Source: Fidelibacterota bacterium
GTDB lineage: Bacteria; Fidelibacterota; Marinisomatia; Marinisomatales; TCS56
DNA length: 31,586 bases
Assembly (NCBI GenBank): GCA_043822705.1
Contig: JBDRBK010000019.1
Coordinates: 1-31,586, forward strand
Reading direction: 5' to 3'
The position numbers and the translations under genes are program-made. The notes under the pieces are model-generated. The model saw only the letters and a program-made list of their open reading frames with translations, ran no database searches and was not told where the DNA came from. Positions 13,501-25,833 of this stretch are shown piece after piece; the stretch's first letter is position 1; every line of letters starts with the position of its first letter.

Positions 13501-14136
13501 TTAAACCAATGGCACAAAACGGACCGCCAGCTCCGGAATAAAATCAACGTTGCCGGCGGCATCCTTGAGCACCAGTTCCAGCCGCTGGTTGAACAGGGTC
13601 GCGCCCACCGGAATTATCATCCGGCCATCGGATGCCAGTTGCCCGATCAGGGCGGTTGGTATGTCGGCAGCGGCAGCGGTGGTAATGATCCGGTCGAAAG
13701 GGGCGGCGGCTGGCCAGCCGTTGCGGCCGTCGGCCCGATGAACCGTCACATTGGAATAGCCCAGCTTTCGTAACCGTTCTTGCGCTGCCTGCGCCAGTTC
13801 GGGAATGATTTCGACCGACGTGACCGTCCGGGCCAGACACGACAGGACTGCCGCCTGATAGCCGCAACCGGTACCGATTTCCAGGACGCTGTGCTGCGGG
13901 CCGACCTGCAGTTTTTCAGTCATGTAGGCCACGATGTAGGGCTGGCTGATGGTCTGCCGGTGACCGATCGGCAGGGGATAATCATCGTAGGCAAACAACT
14001 GTTGGTCATCCGCGACAAACTGGTGCCGTGGTACGGTCTCCATTGCCTGTAATACCCGGGTGTCGCTGACTCCGCGCCGGCGAATCTGGGATTCCACCAT
14101 CAGACGGCGGGCCTCGCCAAGGTTATTTCTTGCCAC
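13501..14136 (-). CDS. pcm: Protein-L-isoaspartate(D-aspartate) O-methyltransferase
   Basis: VPRH.F, AY.D.PLPIG..QTISQP, VLEIGTGCGYQAA, APFDRI and VRFVPL. Confidence 0.97.
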   Translation of the reverse strand: MARNNLGEARRLMVESQIRRRGVSDTRVLQAMETVPRHQFVADDQQLFAYDDYPLPIGHRQTISQPYIVAYMTEKLQVGPQHSVLEIGTGCGYQAAVLSCLARTVTSVEIIPELAQAAQERLRKLGYSNVTVHRADGRNGWPAAAPFDRIITTAAAADIPTALIGQLASDGRMIIPVGATLFNQRLELVLKDAAGNVDFIPELAVRFVPLV

Positions 14137-14184
14137 TAAGCTTTATCCTGGTAAACTTCCGGCTCCTAATTTAAGGATTTTGGA

Positions 14185-15396
14185 ATGAGAAAATTCCGCT
14201 ATTTACTCTCGCTGCTGCTACTGCTGTCGCTGTCAGCGGCCCAGCCGGATGAATCCTACGTATTGCTGGTTTCCTTCGATGGCTTCCGGCCCGATTACCT
14301 GGAATGGGTTGATACGCCGAACTTTGACCGCCTGTCCGCCGCCGGCGTACGGGCCGAGAGTCTGCAACCGGTATTCCCGTCCAAAACCTTTCCCAATCAC
14401 TATTCCCTGGCCACCGGCATGTATGCCGAAAAGCATGGCCTGATCGCCAATTCTTTTTACGACCCCGTATTTGACGCTCGCTACCGGATCAGCGACCGGG
14501 ACGCGGTGGAGAATCCCCGCTGGTACGGCGGCGAACCGATCTGGGTCACGGCCGAGCGTCAGGGGGTGAAAACGGCTTCCTATTTCTGGGTCGGTTCCGA
14601 AGCGCCGATAGGCGGAATCCGGCCATCGATCTGGAAACGCTATGAGCATGATTTTCCATTTGCGGACCGGGTCGATTCGGTTATTGCCTGGTTCAGTCTG
14701 CCGCCGGAGCGGCGTCCGCATTTGATCATGCTGTACTTTCACGAACCTGACGGCATATCGCATTCCTTTGGACCGGAAGCACCGGAGACTTGGGCGGAAA
14801 TCCGTGAACTGGACGTTCTGTTAGGGAAAATCATCGCTGGGTGCCAGGCATTGGACATACATGAAAATCTGAATCTGATTATAGTCAGCGATCACGGTAT
14901 GACGGCCACGTCTTCCCAGCGAACGATCAGCCTGGCCGATAATGTCAATTTAGACGGTCTGACCCAGGAAGGCGATGGCCCGTTTTCATTTATCTACGGC
15001 GGTGAAGAACGGCGGTTGAATAAAGTGTATAAAAAATTGAAAAAGGTACCGCATCTCAGCACCTATAAAAAAGCCGACATCCCCGAGCGCTGGCATTTCC
15101 GCGATCATTACCGGATCAAGGATTTACTGGTTGTAGCCGATGAGGGCTGGTCAATCCTGGATTATAAACGGCCGAATACGCAATATTTCCGCGGCGGCAA
15201 CCACGGTTACGATAACGCCCTGCGCTCGATGCAGGCGATCTTCATTGCTGACGGTCCTGCGTTCAAAGATGGCTATGTCCGGCCAGCCTTTGAAAATGTG
15301 AATGTCTATCCGATTATTGCGGAAATCCTGGCACTCGAGCCCTACGCTGAAATTGACGGCAGCGTCAATCAGGTCCGCGATATCTTACGCCCCTGA
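14185..15396 (+). CDS. Secreted nucleotide pyrophosphatase/phosphodiesterase (NPP, alkaline phosphatase superfamily)
   Basis: Signal peptide, SFDGFR, catalytic KTFPNHY, GEPIWVTA, EPD..H, SDHGM and HGYDN. Confidence 0.96.
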   Translation: MRKFRYLLSLLLLLSLSAAQPDESYVLLVSFDGFRPDYLEWVDTPNFDRLSAAGVRAESLQPVFPSKTFPNHYSLATGMYAEKHGLIANSFYDPVFDARYRISDRDAVENPRWYGGEPIWVTAERQGVKTASYFWVGSEAPIGGIRPSIWKRYEHDFPFADRVDSVIAWFSLPPERRPHLIMLYFHEPDGISHSFGPEAPETWAEIRELDVLLGKIIAGCQALDIHENLNLIIVSDHGMTATSSQRTISLADNVNLDGLTQEGDGPFSFIYGGEERRLNKVYKKLKKVPHLSTYKKADIPERWHFRDHYRIKDLLVVADEGWSILDYKRPNTQYFRGGNHGYDNALRSMQAIFIADGPAFKDGYVRPAFENVNVYPIIAEILALEPYAEIDGSVNQVRDILRP

Positions 15397-15400
15397 TACC

Positions 15401-16909
15401 TTATCTGAAATCCGGCAGATCGGACAGCGACGGCATTCCGGCGCCGACATTGAACATCAGGAAGCGTATTCCGATATTGAAGTACAATCCTTTCGTATCA
15501 AAGTCCGGTGCTCCCCGGTCATCCCACTCGGCCGGGTAGGTCACATCTTCTTCGTCATCGTCATCATCCGACACAGTGTATTTCCAGGCGCTGTGATTGG
15601 AGGTCAGGCAGTAGCCGGCGGAGACGATCAGGTCCATCTTGGCGTTGAGCATGATTTCCGCCCGTCCGCCGATCACCGGGCTGAACACCAGCGATGTCAC
15701 CGTGTGGCTTTCGTCGGCGTCGTCGGACCGGAACGCCACATTGACTGGCAGCGACATGGAACCCGCCAGCGAAAATGGAATCGTGTTGATCAGCCGGAAA
15801 TAGATATCACCGCCGAAGCTTAGATTAAAATCGGTATCGTCGCGACTGTCGACCAACGTTCCCAATCCGAAAAAGGCCGAACCACCGAATTTGCGCAGGG
15901 GTGCGAAGTAAGCGATGAAATCCAGACCCAGATCAGGACTCTGGCTGCCGTATTTGAGACCGATCCCGGCGGCCATGATCCCGCCGGTGGCCTCGATTGC
16001 CGTGTAGCCCGGTTCGATCGGTTCCCATTTGCGCAGGATACGACCGCGGTTGGCGTCCTGGCTCAGTTCCAGTACTTCCAGGAATCCGACCTGGCGCCCC
16101 GGAACGGTGATCTCGCGGCCGCCGATGGTGCGGCGGTTGTCGGGAGTATTGATGGCAAACAAAGTGCCCTTTTTCAGGCCCATATTACGGCCCAGCAACA
16201 GGATCACCTCGCGGCCGCGGACGTCCACTACCTGACTGGTCAGCAGATATAGCTCCCGGAGCTGCTGGCTGACACGCCAGGAAACCTGATTCAGTGCCTT
16301 GCTCAGTGAGGCGCTCTTATTGCCACCGGTGTGTTCGACGCTGATGCTGAAGGATGCCAGCGACTGGCCGCTTTCCAGATCGATCTTGCGCACTTCGCCC
16401 TGCAGGGTTGTCTGGATATTATTTGGGTAGCGCTCCACGTCTTCCATGGCCTTGTCGACGGCGGCGTCCACTACTTCGCGGGCGATGATGCCCAGCAGTC
16501 CGGCCTTGCGGGCCTCCTTGCGGTCTTTCTCGTCCTCTTCTTCATCCTCTTCCGGGGGCACACCCTTCTGGCCGAAATTGAAAATGGTTACGATCAGAGC
16601 CTCGGGTGCGGCGGCAACCTTGCCGATTGCAATCACATCGGAATCATTGATGATACCGGTCAGTTGCAGGGCCTGTTCGTCCATGATGGCCTTCAGGTTA
16701 TTGCGGTCGATGACCTCAAACCGGCCGAGGGCGGTAGCCTCACCGGCCACGATGGCAGTAACCTTGGAGTCGATCGACTCGATATCATCGCCACCAGCGG
16801 ACGGCAGAATCAACAGGCGTTTCTTCTCGATGGTAATATCAGGGGCAATTTCCTGGGCGGCGATCAGCAATGGTAAAACCATTGTCAGCAACAAAGATAA
16901 CTTTTTCAT
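15401..16909 (-). CDS. Secreted CsgG/FlgT-like domain protein with probable C-terminal beta-barrel
   Basis: Signal peptide. GRFEVIDR.NL.AIMDEQ.LQ.TG (CsgG/HfaB-like), then VVDV.G.EV....G...GLKKG..F (FlgT C-terminal-like), then amphipathic strands ending GLYFNIGIRF. Confidence 0.72.
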   Translation of the reverse strand: MKKLSLLLTMVLPLLIAAQEIAPDITIEKKRLLILPSAGGDDIESIDSKVTAIVAGEATALGRFEVIDRNNLKAIMDEQALQLTGIINDSDVIAIGKVAAAPEALIVTIFNFGQKGVPPEEDEEEDEKDRKEARKAGLLGIIAREVVDAAVDKAMEDVERYPNNIQTTLQGEVRKIDLESGQSLASFSISVEHTGGNKSASLSKALNQVSWRVSQQLRELYLLTSQVVDVRGREVILLLGRNMGLKKGTLFAINTPDNRRTIGGREITVPGRQVGFLEVLELSQDANRGRILRKWEPIEPGYTAIEATGGIMAAGIGLKYGSQSPDLGLDFIAYFAPLRKFGGSAFFGLGTLVDSRDDTDFNLSFGGDIYFRLINTIPFSLAGSMSLPVNVAFRSDDADESHTVTSLVFSPVIGGRAEIMLNAKMDLIVSAGYCLTSNHSAWKYTVSDDDDDEEDVTYPAEWDDRGAPDFDTKGLYFNIGIRFLMFNVGAGMPSLSDLPDFR

Positions 16910-16989
16910 GGTTGGTATCCCGAATAATGTCGACAAATTTAATCAGACACGCTCACAATCGGTAATTATCTGCGTCAGTGCCGAGGAAC

Positions 16990-17005
16990 TGTGACGAGAT
17001 TCACA
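16990..17005. promoter_or_regulatory. CRP/FNR-family binding site (perfect TGTGA-N6-TCACA)
   Basis: TGTGA CGAGAT TCACA in the intergenic region, about 80 bp upstream of the 16909 start. Confidence 0.65.
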
Positions 17006-17016
17006 AAATACCGGCG

Positions 17017-17778
17017 TTACTGCTTGATTTTTCGTCCGCTGCGCATTAGCAGCAGGGCGGCCATTGTGAAGCCAATGGTCATTAATAAGGCCATGACGAA
17101 GCTGAACAGCGGCGGTGAGTCGTAAATGCCGATGGTGGTGTAGCGGATGGCGTTGATCATGTAATAAATCGGATTGCCCCGGCTGACGGTCTGGGCCCAC
17201 TCCGGCAGCATTTTAATCGAGTAGAAGATACCACCCAAAAAACTCAGTGGTGTCAAAAAGAAATTCTGCAGCATCGCCAGCTGGTCCCAGGTATCGGCCA
17301 GTTGCCCCAATAATAGTCCCATGGCGGCGAAGCACCAGGAAACGAGCATGATCAGAACGACCGTCAGTAGGGGATGATGCACTGGCAAGCCCACCAGCGC
17401 CAGCCCCAGCAGCAGCACCAGGATGCCGTTAACAGTACCGCGAACGGTGCCGCCGATGATATAAGCCAGGCTGATTTCCAGACTCGACAGCGGCGCGGTC
17501 AGCAGGTCCGGCAACTGCTGCAGCAATTTCATCTGCAACATCGAAGAGGAAGTGTTGGCGCTGGCGTTGGTCAGGGTGTTCATCATGATCAGGCCGGGCA
17601 GGATGAAAATAGTGTAGCCGACGCCGTCGATTTCGGCGATGCGGCGTTGCAGGGTGAAGCCGAAAACCAGGATGTACAGGGTTGAGGAAATCAGTCCCGG
17701 CAGGACAGTTTGCCGGTAAACGGAGAAAAACCGCCCCACCTCGCGGCGGATCAGGGTCCACAAACCGATCCAGTTCAT
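17017..17778 (-). CDS. ABC-2 type transporter permease (YadH-like)
   Basis: RE..RF.....QT..P, Y..FI.PGLIMM, PL.FLGG.FYSI..LP and NPI.YMI...RY. About six TM segments. Confidence 0.93.
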   Translation of the reverse strand: MNWIGLWTLIRREVGRFFSVYRQTVLPGLISSTLYILVFGFTLQRRIAEIDGVGYTIFILPGLIMMNTLTNASANTSSSMLQMKLLQQLPDLLTAPLSSLEISLAYIIGGTVRGTVNGILVLLLGLALVGLPVHHPLLTVVLIMLVSWCFAAMGLLLGQLADTWDQLAMLQNFFLTPLSFLGGIFYSIKMLPEWAQTVSRGNPIYYMINAIRYTTIGIYDSPPLFSFVMALLMTIGFTMAALLLMRSGRKIKQ

Positions 17779-18704
17779 CCGTCGATTCCCTTGCCGGTGA
17801 GGGACAGGAATACATCCTCCAGTGAAGATTTCTCGTTCTCGATGCGGTGTATCCGGCAGCCTTTTTCTACCAGAATCCGGATGATATCGGGCAGGGCCTG
17901 TTCCGGTTCACGCATGGTGAAATGAAGCCGTCCGTCGGTGCAGTTGGTGCAGGTATAGTCCTTTAATAATTCCGGCAGATCTTCGTGCCAGCCGCTGAGG
18001 TGGATCGTGACGCCGGAGCGCCCCAGCTCCCGGGTCAGTTCCCGGGGTGATCCCTGTTTGATGATTTTCCCGTCGTCGATGATGGCCACATCCTCGCACA
18101 GCAGTTCCGCTTCTTCGATGTAATGAGTGGTCAGCAGGATCGTCTTACCCCGGCGGTGCAGATCCCGCAGATAGTCCCACAATTCGTGGCGCAGCTCGAC
18201 GTCGACGCCGGCGGTGGGCTCGTCCAGGATTAGAATTTTCGGGTCGTGGACCAGGGCTTTGGCCAACTGAAATCGGCGCTTCATACCGCCGGATAAATGA
18301 CGCAAGCGGGCGTGGCGTTTTTCGTAAAGCCCCAGTCGGTGAAGCAATTCGGTGACCCGGTTGCGTATTTTATTCTGCGGAATTCCATAGTAACCGGCCT
18401 GGAACAGCAACAATTTCTCGATCGGGAAAAACCAGTCCACAGATAATTCCTGGGCGGCGATTCCCAATTGGGAACGGGTGAAGCGGAAATCGGTCACCGT
18501 ATCCCGGCCGAAGACGGCCGTGCTGCCCCGTTCGCGACGCACCAGTCCGGTCAGGATGTTGATCGTAGTGGTCTTACCGGCGCCGTTGGGTCCCAGCAGA
18601 CCGAAAAACTGCCCCTCTTCAATCGTAATATCAACCCCCCGCAGGGCGGTGGTGCCGTTGTAGGATTTATGCAGATCGGTTATTTCAATCGCCGGAGGCT
18701 TCAT
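17775..18704 (-). CDS. ABC transporter ATP-binding protein (YadG-like)
   Basis: Walker A GPNGAGKTT, LSGGMKRR, LILDEPTAGVD, TTHY and SLEDVF. Start reassigned to ATG 18704. Confidence 0.95.
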   Translation of the reverse strand: MKPPAIEITDLHKSYNGTTALRGVDITIEEGQFFGLLGPNGAGKTTTINILTGLVRRERGSTAVFGRDTVTDFRFTRSQLGIAAQELSVDWFFPIEKLLLFQAGYYGIPQNKIRNRVTELLHRLGLYEKRHARLRHLSGGMKRRFQLAKALVHDPKILILDEPTAGVDVELRHELWDYLRDLHRRGKTILLTTHYIEEAELLCEDVAIIDDGKIIKQGSPRELTRELGRSGVTIHLSGWHEDLPELLKDYTCTNCTDGRLHFTMREPEQALPDIIRILVEKGCRIHRIENEKSSLEDVFLSLTGKGIDG

Positions 18705-19047
18705 CGCCGATGTCAAAACCGATATGATGTTCGAACGGACTGGGGTAGTCGAATCCTTCCACATCGGGGAAATGCACGATCGAAAGGATAAAGCCCCAGG
18801 ATATCAGCACCGTAGCGACTACGGTCTGATAGCGAGGCTTGGCCGGGACCTTGCCGGCTTTCAGATCCGCTTCCTTGGGAATTTTGGGAATCTTCAGGCC
18901 GGGATGCTCGATCCAGATGCCGTATTCATCATAACCCTTGACCCGCGTATAAATGGATTTCTGATTGATGCCCAGGTCGGCGAACGGCGCCGGGTCACTG
19001 AGGAGAATTAAGATTATATCACCGACAATATCTTCGATTTTCATCAT
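18685..19047 (-). CDS. Hypothetical protein (possible Sm/LSm-like small beta-barrel)
   Basis: 120-aa ORF with plausible composition, overlapping the ABC ATPase start by 20 nt. Confidence 0.7.
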   Translation of the reverse strand: MMKIEDIVGDIILILLSDPAPFADLGINQKSIYTRVKGYDEYGIWIEHPGLKIPKIPKEADLKAGKVPAKPRYQTVVATVLISWGFILSIVHFPDVEGFDYPSPFEHHIGFDIGDEASGD

Positions 19048-19214
19048 TGGCTATACCCGTAAAATCTGCTTTGTTGATGGATTCTGTGATTGATACCTGA
19101 TTTAAATTTAATGAATTATTCTGACCTGGCAGAGTTAGGATGGCAGAATTAATTAGCAGCCCTAAATTCCGGCAGTAAATTGCTGTGGTTGTCAGATTTT
19201 TCAAGGAGGTTAAA

Positions 19215-19784
19215 ATGATCAGGAACATAATTATCAGTGGATTGCTGTTATCTTCGCTGGCCTGGAGTGCCGACGTCTCGGTGATTATCACGGAGAATAC
19301 GGTCAATAACTTTATCACCGCAGTCGGACCGGTCACTGGCAAGGGTGAGAGCAAGGGCATGAAATACAAGTGGAAGGTTACCCGGGCCGAATTTGATTTT
19401 GAGCCGGGCACGGCGGAGTTTCTGGCTACAGTTGATCTGGAAGCGGGTGTATTCAAATTGTCAGACAAGGTCAAGAGCAAGGTCAATGTGAAATTCGATG
19501 TTGACAATAATAAAATCCTGATGGAAGTCGAGGAGGCGATCTTCAAAATTTACCTGAAAATTATGGGTAAGAAAGTCAAAGTCGGCGAAGTCGACATTGC
19601 CAAATATTACAAACCTAAATTTGAATTCAACGGTCCCCAGCCGGTTCAGCAGACAGTCAAAATGGAGGTGTCCGAAAAAAAGACCAGAATGATCGCCGTT
19701 ACTACGGTTGGCCATGAACTTGTTCTGGAGAAAGATCAGGTCCGAGTCTCGGTGGATTTGAACTACGCCGGCAGTGACGAATAA
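19215..19784 (+). CDS. Secreted beta-rich hypothetical protein
   Basis: Strong SD AAGGAGG before ATG 19215, signal peptide MIRNIIISGLLLSSLAWS, and a Lys/Val-rich beta-strand pattern. Confidence 0.85.
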   Translation: MIRNIIISGLLLSSLAWSADVSVIITENTVNNFITAVGPVTGKGESKGMKYKWKVTRAEFDFEPGTAEFLATVDLEAGVFKLSDKVKSKVNVKFDVDNNKILMEVEEAIFKIYLKIMGKKVKVGEVDIAKYYKPKFEFNGPQPVQQTVKMEVSEKKTRMIAVTTVGHELVLEKDQVRVSVDLNYAGSDE

Positions 19785-19900
19785 TTTGTTCCCGGTCACA
19801 CGCCCGTAAAAATTGTGAGTGCCGGGTGCTTTCCGGTTGCCCGGCAGGATGCTGTTAATCTAAGTTTACTGGTTAATTGACAGAGACACAATTGATGCCC

Positions 19901-20689
19901 ATGAAATATTTACCAGTTATTTTAGGCCTGACGATCATTCTGCGGTCGCAAACCACACCGGTAGCGACGACCGTCGAACCGGCGGATAAGCCGTTGCCGA
20001 TCGCCGTCCTCAATCTGGAGGGGCGTGGTGTTTCGGCTCAGGAAGCCGATATTCTGACTGAGCGACTGCGCTCGCTGCTGGTCCAGGAGGGCCGCTACCA
20101 GTTGGTGGAGCGCTCCCGGATGGAGGCGATCCTGCAGGAGCAGGGCTTTCAGCAATCGGCCTGCGCCACCAGCGAATGTCTGATCCAGGCCGGACAGATA
20201 TTAGGCGTGCAGCGGATGGTCAGCGGTACCGTGGGCCGGATCGGCGGCAGCTATACCGTCGATGTGCGTCTGTTCGACGTGGAATCGACGCAAATCCTGA
20301 AGGCGGTCTCGCGGAATTATTCCGGTCCCGTGGATGGCCTGCTGGAAGCGCTGGGTCGTGCGTTTGATACGGTGGGGCAGGCGCTGGACACCACTGCCCG
20401 CAGCGTCGCCAATCTGCTCAAGCCCAGGCCGAAGGATCCGGACATTAGACGGGGCCGGGAACAAGGCGAGCTGGATGCCCAGGATTACCATAATCGTTTC
20501 GTCTGGATGGTTCCGACTTTAACGGCTGCCGGTGGCATGTTGTATAATTACCGGGACGAGGCGATCGAGGATCAGTTGGCGGCGGGAATCGTGGCCGGTT
20601 TTATTGCCAAACTGGTATTTTCCGCCATCGCCGGCGATCCCCGGTTGCCTGTTAGGCGTGGCCATCGGCTACACCGTGCTTCATTATGA
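19901..20689 (+). CDS. CsgG/HfaB-like domain protein (C-terminus probably frameshifted; would end at 20729)
   Basis: IAVLNLEGRG, LVER..M..IL.EQGFQQS.C...EC and G.VGR.G.SYT. Clear paralog of 30809..31495. Start could be TTG 19877. Confidence 0.78.
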   Translation: MKYLPVILGLTIILRSQTTPVATTVEPADKPLPIAVLNLEGRGVSAQEADILTERLRSLLVQEGRYQLVERSRMEAILQEQGFQQSACATSECLIQAGQILGVQRMVSGTVGRIGGSYTVDVRLFDVESTQILKAVSRNYSGPVDGLLEALGRAFDTVGQALDTTARSVANLLKPRPKDPDIRRGREQGELDAQDYHNRFVWMVPTLTAAGGMLYNYRDEAIEDQLAAGIVAGFIAKLVFSAIAGDPRLPVRRGHRLHRASL

Positions 20690-20736
20690 CAGCGAAGACG
20701 CGCCCTGGCGGCGCGGCAGAACAGACTGACCATAGC

Positions 20737-23814
<3,078 letters not shown>

Positions 23815-23818
<4 letters not shown>

Positions 23819-25290
23819 CGGCTCAACTCCTGGTGGACGAATTCGCGCACGGAAAAGGGGTTGGCCTCGGCCATCCGGAATTCGTTATGGATGTAATTGC
23901 TATTTTCGACATGATAGAGGCCGGTGTACTTTTTAATATTACCGACGATATCCTCCAGCGCCGCCACCAGTGCGTCCACGTCGGCCCGGGTACTGTACAG
24001 TCCGAAAGAAGCCCGCACCATACCGGCTTTGATCTTCAGATCGATATTGAAGTCATCGAAATTCACTTTACCCACCCGCGAGATCAGATAATCCATGATC
24101 ATCTCCTTGACATAGGGGTGGGCGCAGAAACACTCATTACGCACGGCGATGCAATGATAGTCGTTCAGCACCGCCGCTACCAGGCCGTGGTCGATGCCGA
24201 GAATATTGAACGAAATCGACGCCGCCCGCGGGCAACTGTCACAGTTGGTTTCGCCGTAAACGGCGAGACCGGGCAGGGCTTGAATTTTTTCAAGGGCATA
24301 GCGGATCAGCTCGTCCTCATCTTTGTAAATGGTTTGCATGCCGATCGTATCCAGCACCTCGATCGCCGCCGCCAGTCCGATGGCGCCGGGAATATTGGGC
24401 GTGCCTGCTTCTTCGCGGTCCGGGAAATGGCTGGAAATAGTGTACTTTTCCACGAACACCTGGTCCACCATGCCGCCGCCAACCTCCTCCGGTTCCAGGG
24501 CCGACAGAATATCCTTGCGACAGATCACGACCCCCGGGGAGCCGGGCACATAGGTCTTGTGACCGGAGAACACGAAAGCGTCAAGATTGCGGGTGGGGTT
24601 AGCGTGGCCGCTGATCCGCACCGGCAGATGGGCCGCCATCTGAGCGCCATCCACCAGGATGAAGGCGCCGTATTTATGGGCCAGTTCGGCGATATCGTGC
24701 ACGGGATTAATGATGCCGGTGACGTTGCTGACGCCGGTCACCGCCACGTAGCTGGCGCTATCGCTGTTGCGTTCCAGTTCCGCTTTCAGGGTGGTCAGGT
24801 CGATACAGCCGGGATTGCCGGTACGCATCTCAAACGGAATGTGTACTACTTTGCGGGCATGTTTGCGGTGGGGCAAATCGTTGGAATGGTGTTCCATCAG
24901 CGATACGAAAGCGGTACCACGGTCGGGACGGTAATCGCGAAAGACGCGGGCGATCCGGTTGATAGCGGCGGTGGAGCCGCTGCCGGTGAAAAAGCAGGTG
25001 TAGCGTTCCGGATCGGCATTCAGGAAACTTAGAATGCGTTCGTGGGCCCAGCGGTACTGGTCGGTGGATATCCGGGCGGAAAAATGCAGCAGGCTGTGAG
25101 TGTTGGCATAATGCTGGTAATACTCCTCGACTGCGTCATAGGCCGCCTTCATCATCAGCGTGCTGGCGGTGGAGTCCAGGTAGATGCGGCGGCTTTGCCG
25201 CCCGTCCGCCAAGCGGTATACGGTATCGAGTCCGATAAATTTCGTCTGTATTTTATCCAGTAAATCCATGGAGTTTCCTAATAATTTCAT
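23815..25290 (-). CDS. Class V PLP-dependent enzyme (cysteine desulfurase/SufS-like)
   Basis: YLD.TAS, EHHSN.LP, SNVTG, VDGAQ, PLP-lysine SGHK, EAGTP, RNECFCAHP and RASFGLY. Alternative start ATG 25269. Confidence 0.9.
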
Positions 25291-25353
25291 TATGCGGTTG
25301 CCCGGGGCCGAAATTTACCACCGGCGCCGGAATTAAGCACCTGTGGGTTGATG

Positions 25354-25833
25354 TCAAAGCTCGCGTTTATACAGGCTGAGAGAGGACCAGTTTTCCAAGG
25401 CCAGTTCTTTTTTAATAAAACACTCGATGGTCGGCTCGGCGGTGGCCACCCAGACTTGGGGCGGCTGACCGGCCTGGTCGAAGTACAGGGTCACGATAAA
25501 CTCTTTATAAGATTGACGGGTTTTCCAGGCCAGGTCTGCCAGGGCGGCGAAACCCAGGAATAAATCTTCGGTCACCCGGTTGCGCCGGACCCGCAAGTCG
25601 ATCCGGCAGACACGCCCGGTACGGTCGTGGTAGGCGCTGAAACCCAGCAGTTTGGGTGGATTGTGCTGGTCGTCCAGGAATTTTTCCACGATGATCCGCT
25701 GATTCGGCTGGTCCGCCGCCGCTGAAACAGCCGGGAAAATCAAGCCGGTCGCGACCAGCAATCCGCTCAGGATTGGGGCAATAAATTTCAGTGCGGAACG
25801 GAAATTAAATACCGCTGATACTGAGATTCCCAT
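25354..25833 (-). CDS. Hypothetical exported protein
   Basis: ORF fills the gap between co-oriented genes and has a hydrophobic N-terminal segment. Start uncertain. Confidence 0.65.
   Translation of the reverse strand: MGISVSAVFNFRSALKFIAPILSGLLVATGLIFPAVSAAADQPNQRIIVEKFLDDQHNPPKLLGFSAYHDRTGRVCRIDLRVRRNRVTEDLFLGFAALADLAWKTRQSYKEFIVTLYFDQAGQPPQVWVATAEPTIECFIKKELALENWSSLSLYKREL

Noticed and set aside
25789..25833. Second CTG start (CTG AAA TTT at 25791) for the 25354 gene
   Set aside because: It would give a cleaner signal peptide, but there is no SD and an in-frame ATG exists at 25833, so support is insufficient.
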